A stretch of 64,000 nt of DNA, filler included, from Bonamia ostreae (GCA_040357525.1; 23 parts of 23 records of this genome joined end to end with filler, not necessarily neighbours in it), one strand, 5' to 3'. Counted from the first letter of the whole stretch, positions 26,290 to 38,097 are shown. The notes: generated by a model not told the origin, from the letters alone. Program-made: numbers and translations.

Positions 26290-26592
26290 TTAATGAAATC
26301 GAGACAAATATTCGCTTCTGTACTGATTTTCGCTTAAACTTTGGTTGTACTGCTCAATAGTCAGCATATTGTCTCTAAAGCAAGGATGAGTGTACCTTTT
26401 TTGTGCTGTTAGAACTACTTGGCATTTTGGGCATTTCCAAAGTCCTTTTCTGTTCCCTTCTCGCCAATCTTCAGTCAACATGGCCGTCGTTCGGCGCGAG
26501 CGCTTTCGTTTTTTCTCTACGAAAATTGGCGGTTTTTGTTTTACGATGTTTTCTTCGATGCTTGGCGGTTCCATCGTCTTAATTTTTTCCAT
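26290..26592 (-). CDS. Small basic protein with a putative zinc-binding motif
   Basis: 'KKRKRSRR' NLS-like stretch and 'WKCPKCQVVLTAQKRYTHPC'. Confidence 0.5.
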   Translation of the reverse strand: MEKIKTMEPPSIEENIVKQKPPIFVEKKRKRSRRTTAMLTEDWREGNRKGLWKCPKCQVVLTAQKRYTHPCFRDNMLTIEQYNQSLSENQYRSEYLSRFH

Positions 26593-26837
26593 TTCGATTA
26601 AAATCGCTATAAAACAGATTTTTTTTAATTTTTGAATCACCAAAAATACAAAATTATTGCCAAATTTATAATCAAGAATTCATCGCTAAAAGCGAAAATG
26701 GAGCAAATTTAATTATTTTAAAAAGTTTGGGGACTCCCAACCCCGACCTGACCATCCATCGTCTAGCGCAGAATTCAAATTTTCAAGATACAAAATTTTA
26801 GCGGTAACCTCAATCAAATTGGCATAAGTTTGGAAAC

Positions 26838-26910
26838 GACAGCACCGAGATTCGAACCCATGCACACACGGACGCGTACACTTAGTTCGAACCACTGAGC
26901 CGCCGCGCCC
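26838..26910 (-). ncRNA. tRNA-like element (pseudo-tRNA or SINE head) with Pol III A and B boxes
   Basis: Minus strand 'GGCGCGGCGGCTCAGTGGTTCGAAC...ATGGGTTCGAATCTCGGTGCT': A-box and B-box at tRNA-like spacing, but the anticodon arm does not fold canonically. Confidence 0.55.
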
Positions 26911-26959
26911 ATTTTTTTAAGAAAATGGCCGATTTCAAACAACATATTTTGCAATAACG

Positions 26960-27811
26960 ACAAACCTCCCCGTTAACATACTTTGCCAAAAAATCTTGAT
27001 AACACTTTTCTGCTCTGTATCGGCCGATTCCCAGTTCTTCCAACATTTCGGCAGAAACAGTTCCGCGCGCTTTGATGAAGCATTTCAGCAAACGGAAAAG
27101 CTCATCGTCTGAAACGGCGTGTTTGATCGATTTGGGCGTGTAAGCCGAAAAATAAGTCAAACTTGACAAATTATTTGATCGCAGTTTGGACAAAATTTCT
27201 TTCGTTGCGACCATTTCTTCGTTTTCGCGCGCGACGGCTTCTTTAAACGAATTTAACGGCGTTTGTTCTGTTTTCTCCAAAAAAGGGGTAAATCGGTCTG
27301 AAAAGACACTAATCCACTCATCCCATTTTGAATGAGACGAAAGGTAGTTCACCATTATCTCGCCGCGTTCCGAGTTTATAGAGATCACGATTGCTTTGGA
27401 CCAGTTGCCGATGCAGTCTTTGCAGTCTATTTTTGTGCCGATTTGCACTGTTTCTCCCCATGAAAAGCGGAGTGCTTGTTTGCTTTCTTTTGTTCTTTCG
27501 GATTTGCCAATTTTTCTGGTAAAATTGTCTTTTTGGACGCTTTGGATAACTTTGACCAATTTGTCGTAGTGTTCGTTTTTCTTGAGATCGAAGTCGTTTT
27601 GAAGGACGTCTTCGTCTATTCTGAGCAACAAATAGCCGTCAATGTCGTTAATTTGGAAGACTGGAATATATTTTGCCAGGTCGTTGTGAGCTAGCCATTT
27701 CAAGACGGTCGAAACTGGCCAGTTTCTTATAGTCAAATCGACCTCGTTTTTCGGTTGAAATTTTCTTGGCAACTTGGATATTCCTACCGTTTTTAGAAAT
27801 TTTCCGGCCAT
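26960..27811 (-). CDS. SAM domain plus Tudor/chromo-barrel-like domain protein
   Basis: SAM: 'WPVSTVLKWLAHNDLAKYIPVFQINDIDGYLLLRIDEDVL'; Tudor-like: 'IGTKIDCKDCIGNWSKAIVISIN...IMVNY...KWDEWISVFSDRFTPF'. Confidence 0.8.
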
Positions 27812-28109
27812 TTGTATTGTTTACGGATTTTATAAATATTTTAAGCTTTTTTTTTGTTTTTGATATAGTATTGGAAAAGATAAGTTATTGGTCAATGAAG
27901 ATTTAAATCTCTTCATTTTGTAAGTTGTGGTTTGTGGGTATGTCTACGTTTTTTTTCGAAGATATGCCGTTGTAGCGCTTTATCCATTTCTAGATAAGAT
28001 TTAGTGGAANNNNNNNNNNNNNNNNNNNNNNNNNNNNNNNNNNNNNNNNNNNNTTAATTAATTAANNNNNNNNNNNNNNNNNNNNNNNNNNNNNNNNNNN
28101 NNNNNNNNN

Positions 28110-28745
28110 GTTCTGATCCTAAAACACCTTTTGATTTGATAGTTTATTGAATGAATGCAATCTAGTTTAAGAATGTTATAAAACGAGCAAAAGACAAATC
28201 TTCAGCAGTTTGTGTATGTGTGAAATAATCTCTTTATTGTTAATTTTAATAAGTTAATTTGACATGTTTAAAAACACTAAGTAGCCTTCTAATAGTTCTT
28301 CCACAATAAGACAATAATCTGTTGTATGAAATACGTGCATGCATTCCACAATATGTTTATTTCCTTGTAAAGACATTAAATTTTTTACTTCGTTCGATGC
28401 TATTTTTCTTTTATTTTCGTTAGATGTTATAATGCATTTCATTGCAAATCGTTGATTTGTCATGCGATCTTTTACTAAACAAACATTTGTTAATTTTTAT
28501 AGTGAAAAATGCTTTTATCTTTAAAATTTACCTTCGTAAACATAGCACCTATCGGTGTCATGAATATGTCTCTCTATTGTAAACTGTGTAATACGTACAT
28601 TGCAATCAGAATTTACATTTTTATTACAACTGCATTTTGTGTTATTTAATTCTTCATCTGGAATTTCCAAATTTTTTTTAAAAGAAAATTCTGACTCTTC
28701 TTCTTCACTCGTTTCATAAAACGGTTTAGATAGATAAATGCCCAT
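28110..28745 (-). CDS. Ser/Thr protein kinase (CAMK-like) N-lobe, 3'-truncated
   Basis: 'VYEVKDRMTNQRFAMKCI...ASNEVKNLMSLQGNKHIVECMHVFHTTDYCLIVEELLEG'; N-terminal MG. Confidence 0.8.
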
Positions 28746-29289
28746 ATCTGTTCAAAGGTTTGTAAAAGAATTTTTGAATATAAAATAAAATGGTTTGGAA
28801 ATTCTTAAGTGAATTTATACTTTTTTAGACTTTCTTTTATGCTTTTACTATTTGTAAAAAATTTATTACTATTCTTTATGTTTTTAGACTTTCTTTTATA
28901 TTACTTTTTTGTTTTATATTATTTTATTTGTTTTATATTATTTGTTTTATATCTCTTTAATGTTTTTTTCATTTTCATTTTTATTTCAATATTCCATTTT
29001 CCCCATTTTTTTGTGGATGTCCATCTTCGACAAGAAGTAGTTCAAGTTCATCGTTTCAATACAAATCACAAATTTTTAACTCGTTTCTACAATTCTTTCT
29101 TCAACTGATTTATTATATTTTCATTTTTTATTAAAAGAATGATCTGCTTTATTAACGTCTATTAAATGATCAAATAATTTTTGAAATGTACATAGTAACT
29201 TTCTTTTATGTCTTAGAACTATCTGCATAACTTTAACTTCAAGATTTATTTGAGTTTTTTATGCGATTTTTGCTACTCCTAATGATGCC

Positions 29290-29440
29290 GTTAAGCATTG
29301 GTTTTATTTTTCTTAGATTTCAAATATTTAAGTTGTCCTAACCGTTTGTTTGCTCTAGAATAAATAAAATCAATATGGTTTTTCCAAGTAAGTTTTCTAT
29401 CGAAAATAAAACCTAAATATTTTACTTTTTTTTACAAGCG
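29290..29440 (-). mobile_element. Decayed non-LTR retrotransposon RT C-terminal fragment
   Basis: Minus strand reads 'KVKYLGFIFDRKLTWKNHIDFIYSRANKRLGQLKYL', the LINE post-YADD 'KYLG...LTW..HI' motif, flanked by stops. Confidence 0.8.
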
Positions 29441-30509
29441 ATTTTATTGCTTCTAATTATTATATCAGTGGTTTTGTGCTTTTAATCTCTTTAATAGAAG
29501 CGCACTTTTTAGGATGTCTTCTATTTGTAGAAATCTTTTAATCTCTTTACGGGAGTATGTTTTGGAATCTATCAAGAAATGTTTGTTTTTCATAAAAAAT
29601 CATATTTACGTTTTTTGCGCTACGCATTTAACTCTTAACAAAAATCGTTGTACTCATAATAATTAAACGAATTGATTTCACATTTTTTGAATCTTTCTAT
29701 TTTGACTAAAACTTTTATTCTGTCTTGAATTGCTTTTTTGATAGCTTTTATCGCCATTTCTTTCTTCTTTTACAATCTATTTCGATTGATTTTATTGTTA
29801 AAATAATAATCTCTTTCATTAACATCTACAGATTTATCACATGATTTTTGAACTTTTTTGTCTTAAAACTATCTTGTCTAAAATTTGACAGTCTCAGTTA
29901 GTTTTTACTTTTGCCCTTTTAATAAACTAAGAAGAAGACATCGGTTGATTGTTACTGTCTTTGATGCGTTTGTGTTGTTTGATTTAGCAGGCAACAGTCT
30001 CTTTATTATCAGCGAGAGCAAGTTATGGATTCTGTTATTTTGTTCATAAAATATCAATTTAACCATCTCAAATTTATCATCTGATTGTGGAAGAAATGGA
30101 AAATAACGCAGGAAAAAGGTTTTGTAGTAGAATTTAAGACTGATAGAACATAGGATAAGATCACATTCCCGTGAAAGAAAAAAGGATACGATGAAATAAA
30201 GTAAGAAAGTAAAAACACTGGATATAAAAAGATTTTGAAGTCCCAGAACCAAACTAAAAAGGGGATTTAATGGTAATCCATTGCGGATCATAGACCTACA
30301 AAGCTAGACTCAACACAAAAGTCAATGTTGGAAAACAAGAAAAGTATTGTAGGAATCAGAATTTTGCAATTTCAATTCAGAGTAAATTATCGAGGCTGAT
30401 GATCTTAAAGTCTCCGATTCGGATGGGAAAATTTGGACAAAAATAAAAGCAAGACTTTTTATCTTCTATAATTAAATTTTTGTTTCAATAAATTTGTTTT
30501 ACAATGATG

Positions 30510-30700
30510 TGTCTTAGATGGAAAACAAAAGGTTCGACTTTGGAATAATTTTTAGTCCTATGAGCACTGCAATTATCCAATTGCAAATCAATTTTTTTTA
30601 TATTTGATTTAATTCTTGTGAACAATCGTCAAATATTTGTGAAGTAATCCAACCTTTTTGGACTAGGATCATTTGCCAGATTTAGAACAACAATGAAGAA
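30510..30700 (-). mobile_element. Decayed pogo/Tigger (DDE_1) transposase fragment
   Basis: 'KGWITSQIFDD' then, after a stop/frameshift, 'LQLDNCSAHRTKNYSKVE' (family pattern KAWMT..IF..W ... LLLDNCSAH). Confidence 0.75.
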
Positions 30701-30979
30701 TTGTAAGCACTGTTTGCAAATCCTTAAAATTTGTCATTTTTGTTGACAAGACTTTTCTAGTAATTAATTTAATTTTGTTGTTAAATTTTATCGTTTTTTT
30801 NNNNNNNNNNNNNNNNNNNNNNNNNNNNNNNNNNNNNNNNNNNNTTAATTAATTAANNNNNNNNNNNNNNNNNNNNNNNNNNNNNNNNNNNNNNNNNNNN
30901 TATTTTGGCCAAATTTTCATTTTTCTCAATTAAAATAATAAAGAACGTGAGCACAAAGAACCGTGAAAAAGCGGTTAAA

Positions 30980-31512
30980 GGAGAAAACATGACAGATCTG
31001 ACCGATTTGGTTGGGACTGAAAATGAGATTTTCGCCGCAGCGGCGAAAACTTTTAAATTCAAAGAAATGGTCAAAGGCGATAAAGGCGAAGGATTGCAAA
31101 TTTTTGCAAAGCTCAAAGTGCACAAAGCGAAAAAAATTTTTGTGTTTAAGTTTAAAAACATGTTTTTTTTGTTTAAAAAAATATATTTTGAAAAAATTAA
31201 TTTTGAAAAAATGTTTTAAAACGAAGATCCAAAATAACGTTGGAAAAAATATATTTAACGTTTGATAAAAACTTTTTGGGTTTGGTCCCGGCAAAAGATT
31301 TTGAACTTAAAGATGAATTACGACCGGGTTCAGAACAGCAAATAGAAATGGTCGTAAAAAAGAATTTTGGGGATGGAATCGATGAAAACAGAGATGGGAA
31401 TGGAGACGGTGATAAATCGGTGCAAATAGGATTGAAAACGGATTTGAGTCCTTCTATAAAATACTTCAAATTTCCGTTTGATGACGCTGAAATTGAAGCA
31501 TTGATTAAATAA
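30980..31512 (+). CDS. AP-1/AP-2 beta-adaptin C-terminal appendage (Ig-like subdomain), 5'-truncated
   Basis: 'KGEGLQIFAKL...FKFKN|ISKITLEKIYLTFDKNFLGLVP...LRPG...VQIGLKTDL...YFKF' parallels 'KGLEISG...FTN...QFNKNSFGL.P...LQVAVKNN...YF'. Confidence 0.7.
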
Positions 31513-31819
31513 AATTTGTCTTTACGAAATCTGTTAACATTTCGAATCTGTCCATTATTTTGCAACTAAAAAATTTAAATCTGCTCATTTTGTTGATTTC
31601 CGCCATTTTAGCTGAAAAATTCTAACATTTTACGTTTAGTTTTATCCATTCAAACATAAAATTTTTTTCTGTTGTAATTTATAATAACAAATGTAACGAA
31701 AATTCGAATTTGTAAAATTATTTCCGCCGTTAATAACGGATATTAGAGAAACGAAAAATAATGATTGAAAGTGAATGTGGAAAGATAATGGGAAAGGGGA
31801 AATTTTGCAATTTAAAAGT

Positions 31820-33500
31820 TTATTCGACAAGATGCTCAATGACACCGATCGCCACAGTAATTCCTTTTCTACGCAAAACGATTCTCGAAAGAAATATGTT
31901 TTGATCTGCAGTTTCAACACAAATCGCCTTTTCGCATCTAAAACGAACAATTGCCTTGACATTGCTCACGAGACATTTTGGTTTTTTTTGCGTTTTTAGA
32001 GTTCAATACTTTTTCTATTTTCACTACTGATACCATCGTCTTTATATTATGGACGTGTAGCAACAATGTCTGTCCTCTTATTATCGGCAAATCCAATTTG
32101 AGAGTTGTTATTTTCGCCGAAAAAACTTTTACAACGGGGATCTTTAACGATTTGTGAATATTTGGTCAATATTTGGCCATTTTGCCATAAATAATCAAAT
32201 TTGTGATATTTGGTCAATGTTTGGCCATTTTGCCATAAATAATCAAATTTGCGAATATTTGGTCAATGTTTGGCCATTTTGCCATAAATAATCAAATTTG
32301 TGAATATTTGGTCAATATTTGGCCATTTTGCCACAAATAATCAAATTTGCGAATATTTGGTCAATGTTTGGCCATTTTGCCATAAATAANNNNNNNNNNN
32401 NNNNNNNNNNNNNNNNNNNNNNNNNNNNNNNNNNNNNNNNNNNNNNNNNNNNNNNNNNNNNNNNNNNNNNNNNNNNNNNNNNNNNNNNNAATTTGCGAAT
32501 ATTTGGTCAATGTTTGGCCATTTTGCCATAAATAATCAAATTTGCGAATATTTGGTCAATGTTTGGCCATTTTGCCACAAATAATCAAATTTTGTTATTA
32601 AATCCATTTTTATAAACGGGATTCATTTGATCACAAACCACAAACCCAGTTTCCAAAGTTGTTTCCTTCCCAAAAGCCGCTTCAACATTCTCCCCTGCGA
32701 TTCCGACGACAACCTCCTTCTCGCCGCATCTAATTGACTTGACTTGCACCGCCATGTTCAATGGCATCGCGACCAATTTCTCGCCTACCATCAATGAGCC
32801 CACCGCTATTTTGCCCAAAACGACATTTCCGTATTTGAACGAATGCTCTCTCCCGGAAACCAGGAGTCGGACCGGGCGACTCAAATCTCTTGTAACGGGT
32901 TTGATGGAATTGATGGCGTCCGTCAAAGTCGGTCCGGTGTACCAATCTAACCAATTAGCGAATATAAGCACAAACCGCATTCCGTGTAGCTGCGAACCAG
33001 GTTATGTCCTTCGAGACCACTGACGGGGACGAAGAGAGTGCTTTTGTACCCGATGGATTTTAAGAAATGGTCCAATGTTTTTTCTATTTGATCAAATCTG
33101 GTTTTGCTCCATTTCGTCGAATCCATTTTATTCATCGCAACCAGAATCTGTTTGATGAAGAAATCAACTTTGGAGATGCCCAAACTGCGCGCGAGAATGG
33201 AATGTTCTCTTGTCTGGCCATCCTTGCAAAAACCCCTTTCGAAATTGTCTGTGCTGGTGTCAACGACCAACATGGCGACGTCCGCCGAGGAGGTTTCTGA
33301 TAACATGTTCGGGACGAAATCTTTATGGCCGGGACAGTCCAGCGCCAGAATGGCTCGCCTTTCAGTCTCGAAATATTTTGTTCCCACATTGACCGTGATG
33401 CCGTGAGCTCTTTCTGAAGGAATGCTGTCCAGAACCCACGAAAAATCTATTTCTGGTTTATTGTGTTCTGTCGCTAATTTCTTTAAATTTTTATCGATTT
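31820..33500 (-). CDS. HBS1: HBS1-like translational GTPase (eEF1A/eRF3 superfamily), 5'-truncated, with a +1 frameshift at the A8 run near 31985
   Basis: 'FSWVLDSIPSERAHGITVNV', 'LDCPGHKDFVPNML', 'DGQTREHSILARSLG', 'NKMD', 'VSGLEGHNL', 'WYTGPTL'; domain III 'LPIIRGQTLLLHVH...KPKCL...RIVLRRKGITVAIGVI'. Confidence 0.85.
32153..32590. repeat. Intronic minisatellite, 49-nt unit, spanning an internal gap
   Basis: Repeated 'aatatttggtcaatgtttggccattttgccataaataatcaaatttgcg'. Confidence 0.95.
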
Positions 33501-34439
33501 TCCGAATTTGAGATTTTTTGCTGCAAAAATGCGAAATCGAGTTTTCGAGTTTTTGCTGCAGAAATGCACTTTTCCGCAAATTTATTTTTGNNNNNNNNNN
33601 NNNNNNNNNNNNNNNNNNNNNNNNNNNNNNNNNNTTAATTAATTAANNNNNNNNNNNNNNNNNNNNNNNNNNNNNNNNNNNNNNNNNNNNTATAACAATT
33701 AGACGAGCGTGTTGTCACATTTATGCTTTACTTAAACTTGATTTTAATGATTTTTATGCTTTTTACTTAAACACTGACTTATAAAAACAAAAATCTCACT
33801 AATATCATTTAATATACCCTATCGTTCACTTTCGACCTTTTTTGATTCTTTTAATTGTGTTTGATTGTTTTTGAAAGAGTTCTCTCAGAAATTGAACCAA
33901 TCGACTACATTATATTTTGGAAATCCTGTTTCGTATATGGATCGCTCATGATAGATGTCAAGCGATCAAAAATATGCATAATAAATAATTTTTTGTGAAA
34001 TTCTACTTTTATTGAACACACGAGCTACAAATTTTAAATACGTTTTGCATAAATTGATTTTTAATCATTTTTACTGATCACCCATCATAATTCTTCAAAA
34101 AAAAGTTATGATTGCATAAAAAAGTAATATTAATTCTTCCGACAAAACTTAAAATCGTCTCAAAAACTAAAAAACCATATAGAATTAATTTTAAAAAGTT
34201 CATAACTAATTTGCGCTCTATTTATTTAAAAAATGATAAATCTACGGGAAAGATAATTCTTTTTAAACTCAGGGCCTTCATTTCGAGGTCAGAACAAATT
34301 TTGACTAAAATTGATGTAATTCTGAGTTATGACATGTAAAAATTTGATTAATAATTGTTATGCTGTAAGATTTAACGCTGAAGCGAAGTTAAAATTGCGT
34401 ATTAAAAAGTCAGTATTAATTTAAATCGTCGAACTTAGA

Positions 34440-35650
34440 TTGAAGGTGCAATTTTCCAAATTCTTCTCTTTTCCGAGCAGAAACAAAAACAATGCAATCG
34501 TTTTGAAAATGGCGGCATTCTTAATTTTTAAAATAAACTTCTGAAAACTCCCAATGTTCGATCGAACCAGCGAAGAAGCCTCGTTTGTCTATCAGGACTC
34601 CGGAAACAGACCCGCTTATTCCTATGAAAATTCCAGTTTTTTCGAAGCCTTCGCTATCAGAGGTTGCACAATAATGTTTTTTGAAAAGTGATCGATCGGA
34701 AAGAGATTCTTCCATCTCGTGGAAGAAGGAATTGACAATGAACTATAATAACAGTAAAAACTTGAGCATGTTTCCTCTTAAAAACGCCATTCTCTTCTTT
34801 AATTTTTGATTCTAATTCTTTTTATTGATGAATTCATTAAATCTTGTTAAATTTTTATTGAAAATTTTCTATTGGGGAAACAGCAATTTAGTCCAATAAC
34901 ATTTTTATTATTTGATAAATTATTAATTGATTTTTAAGGTTGTCTTTTGAACTAAAATTTTGCAAAAAATCCGAAAATGATTACCCAAGTACTATCAGAA
35001 CTAAACCTTTACACGCAGAGATAAGTTGATAAACATCGCCTTTCCCAAACAACTTTTCGAGCCGCTTTTTCAATTGCGCTCTCCGTCGCAAAGCGTTAAA
35101 AGCAGTCTGGTCTTTATCAACGCGCTTCCCATAAAAATCGACCAAACTATCTGAAGACTCCAACCCGATAGTTTTTTCTTTGCCGATGAACTCGTCGCGA
35201 AGCGAATCGGAAAGAACAGAAAACTCCTTTTCACTGGCGACGAACAGGTCTATCAAAGGCAAAAGCACTTTTTGTCGAAGGCGCCGCTTTGTTACGTTCG
35301 CCCAAATATTCAGTCTGCGCAAGATTTTTAACTCTGCGCAGAGAATGTAAGCGGAGTTCTTTTCGAGCCGCTCAGAACTTCTAATATTCTCACTTAAAAG
35401 CTCCGTTTTCTCTTCGAGATTTTCTTCTCTGTTTGCCGGAGCCGACAAATCGGGGGAAGGAAGCACAGGATTTTGGGGAAGGTCACTATAAAAATTTCGG
35501 ATGATCTTTCTGTAAACGAAAAATCCGACGCTTTTTATAATACGGACTAATATGCGATGCGCGAGCAACAAAAAGGCGACTGCGATTATCAATTTACAAA
35601 CCAAAGGCAAACGAAACGAAAAGGTCAAACCATTCAGAACTAATCGACAT
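34440..35650 (-). CDS. Membrane protein, weakly TMEM209-like
   Basis: ATG at 35650 with a 22-nt intron leads into an N-terminal TM; 'WANVTKRRLRQKVLLPLI' and 'IVNSFFHEMEESL...FKKHY' loosely resemble TMEM209. Confidence 0.4.
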
Positions 35651-35662
35651 TCCGCAGTTTTT

Positions 35663-36378
35663 ATGGATTTGGAGGATTTTGGAATTCCGCTTCGAAAGCG
35701 CAAGAGCAATAAAACTAGCAAGCAGATCACCGAAAACGGCGCGACCGCCGCTTTCGCAATGTTGACCAAAAAGCAGAAAAGAGCGGCGAAAAAACAAGAC
35801 TCTGTTTTTAAAGGGCTCTTCCGCCAGTTCAAAGACGACACCAAAGTTTGCTTTTAGACACAAACTGTTCAAGAAAGCGACTCTGAAAATCAATCCAGAC
35901 GCTTTCTTGTCGAAGCGACTGGAGACCAAGTTGCACATTCGGCACTTTAAACAACTCCCGCTTTGCGTTTTGGCTGAGTGCGAGCCCCCGCGATGGGCCG
36001 TTTTCAAAGTTCCTTTTCCGCCATAAACAGAACAAAGAAAACGTCAAAACAGTCGTCTTCGTGACGATAGACGGATTCGGCGAAAAGATGATGCGCGATG
36101 AGAGCAAACTCTTCCCCAAAACCGCCTCCATCTTCGAAAGAGTGGTCCCGCTCAACGTTTAGATTCCAATCGACAGATCCCTTATTCGTTCTACGACAAC
36201 CTGAACATCCTCCGCTTCTACGACCGCTGCACCAAAGCTGTGCCCGGTCTGCGCGTAAAGCCCGCGAAAGTAAACAAGAAGATTTTCGTGGATAAGAAGC
36301 TGCAGATCGAAGACTACCTTCTCTCGCGAGAAGAGTTCGAAGAGAACAACTACCCGCTCGAATCAGATTTGGCAGACG
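35663..36378 (+). CDS. Probable RNA exonuclease (REX1/RNH70/REXO5-like) N-terminal region, 3'-truncated
   Basis: After removing 31-, 22- and 20-nt introns: 'LHIRHFKQLPLCVL...PPRWAVFKNKENVKTVVFVTIDGF' and 'YLLSREEFEENNYPL'. The start could instead be ATG 35759. Confidence 0.55.
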
Positions 36379-36478
36379 NNNNNNNNNNNNNNNNNNNNNN
36401 NNNNNNNNNNNNNNNNNNNNNNTTAATTAATTAANNNNNNNNNNNNNNNNNNNNNNNNNNNNNNNNNNNNNNNNNNNN

Positions 36479-37916
36479 CAAAACATCCCAAACAGAAACG
36501 ACCGAATTCGATCCTCCAGAAACAAAAAAATCCCCGCCCAAACTGAAAGCCGTCTTCACATAAAACGAACTCGTCTTTGCCCCTTTCAAACCTTTCAAAA
36601 CAAATTTATCCGCCGTCGGCGCACCCAAATCACAGTAAAAACTAGTGCTCCCAAAACAAGTTCCGACAAAACGGTCACCCGAAGGAGACACCGCTCCAAA
36701 AACAACGGCGTCTGGCAGTCCCGTCGACGCGTTCTTAAACGGAACTTCCATTATCATCGGCGGCTTCGTCTTCGACTTTGAAGCTTTGCGCAAGTCCCAA
36801 AGCTTCACTTTCCCGTCGAGAGAGCCCGTCGAAACAATTACGTTTCTGTCGTTAAACGCAAAGTTCACCGACGACACGCCATGATTGTCGCTGTTCGAGC
36901 TGTCATGGTCTGTTTGGGTCGACATTCTCCGTCCGCTCACATTTTCGTTGTTATTTTGATCGAGTCGATTTTGATCATTGTTTTGACGATTATTATTGTT
37001 TGAAGTCGATGGATTGAATGGCGGTCTGTAGTCGAAAAAACGAGTTTTTCTTTTACCTCGTTTATAATATTGGAAATGGTGTGCGTGAAGAACGGTGCAG
37101 ATGGGACTGTTTTTGAGGTTACAATTTTGGCGGGAGTCCCAGAGGTTGATGCTGCCGTCGCGCGAACAAGAGCAAAGGAAACCTACTTTTAGCAGAGAAA
37201 ACTTTCGTTGGAGGGGCAGACGGCGATCGAACGAACACTGCCGGAATGGCCTTCTAACGATTGTATTTTGGTTTTTGATTCTATGTCTATCAAATTGCAC
37301 GTTTGGTCTGCGGATGCCTTTTTGGGTATTTTTATTTTCGGCGAACAGCAGAGATAAAATTGGTATTTTAATTGGTGATATTTTTGCGATTTGAAGCAAT
37401 TTTAATTTTACGCTTTTTCACAATTGAAATGAAACAGAAAGAACGAAAAGTTGACAAATTTTGATTTAACGCTTTTTCACGATTGAAATGAAACAGAAAG
37501 AACGAAAAGTTGACAAATTTTGATCAAAATTTTGATTTAACATATTTCACAATTGAGACGAAAATTGATAAATTTTAATTTTTTATAGAATGGATAACCG
37601 TTAATATTTTTTTATCTTCATCTAACCAGCGGACATCAAAAACTGCGTTGTCATGAGCCTCCACTAATTCAACATTCTCGTTCTTGTAAATTCGAAGTGA
37701 TCCTGATTCGCCAGAAAGACAGAAAATGTCATTTGAATTCATTTTGTGTGCAAATCGTACCGAGAGAGGCATTGCCGGATCACTTGTTTGAGACGCATTA
37801 AAAATCGTTTTTGGTTCAAATTTGCTTTTGAACAAGCTTAATCGCAGGAGCACCGATTCCTGATCGCGCGTTGAAAAAGATAATGGTTGAAAACGCAACT
37901 CGTTTAAAAAATCCAT
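36479..37916 (-). CDS. CDT2: CDT2/DTL WD40 protein, 3'-truncated
   Basis: 'AHDNAVFDVRW', 'SCSRDGSINLWDSR', 'DGKVKLWDLRK', 'SSFYVKTAFSLGGDFFVSGGS'. Confidence 0.85.
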
Positions 37917-38097
37917 TTTCTAAATTTTATCGAGCTTTGCCTTTTGCGCGCTAATTTTTTTATTTAGTTTTTCATATTTTAATGATGAACATTTTTAATA
38001 TGGCGTCAAATTGATCAGACTAAGATATTTTATCTGTATTAAAAATTATTTTCAATGTTTATCGAATTGTCCCTTTACGTTCCGTAAATCAAAGAAA

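Noticed and set aside
26838-26910. Functional tRNA gene
   Set aside because: No canonical anticodon stem-loop and mismatched D and T stems; kept only as a tRNA-like element.
28809-29108. Phe/Leu-rich ORFs in AT-rich DNA (also 433-648, 5977-6180, 29905-30291, 34112-34339)
   Set aside because: Low-complexity translations of T-rich non-coding or decayed transposon sequence with no motifs.
32153-32590. CRISPR-like arrays (also 21625, 39264, 58275)
   Set aside because: Head-to-tail units without unique spacers, in a eukaryotic gene context with no cas genes.
35651-35844. N-terminal extension of ORF 34981-35844 overlapping the plus-strand gene
   Set aside because: It starts at a non-ATG codon and is antisense to the exonuclease-like gene; a spliced ATG at 35650 explains the gene better.
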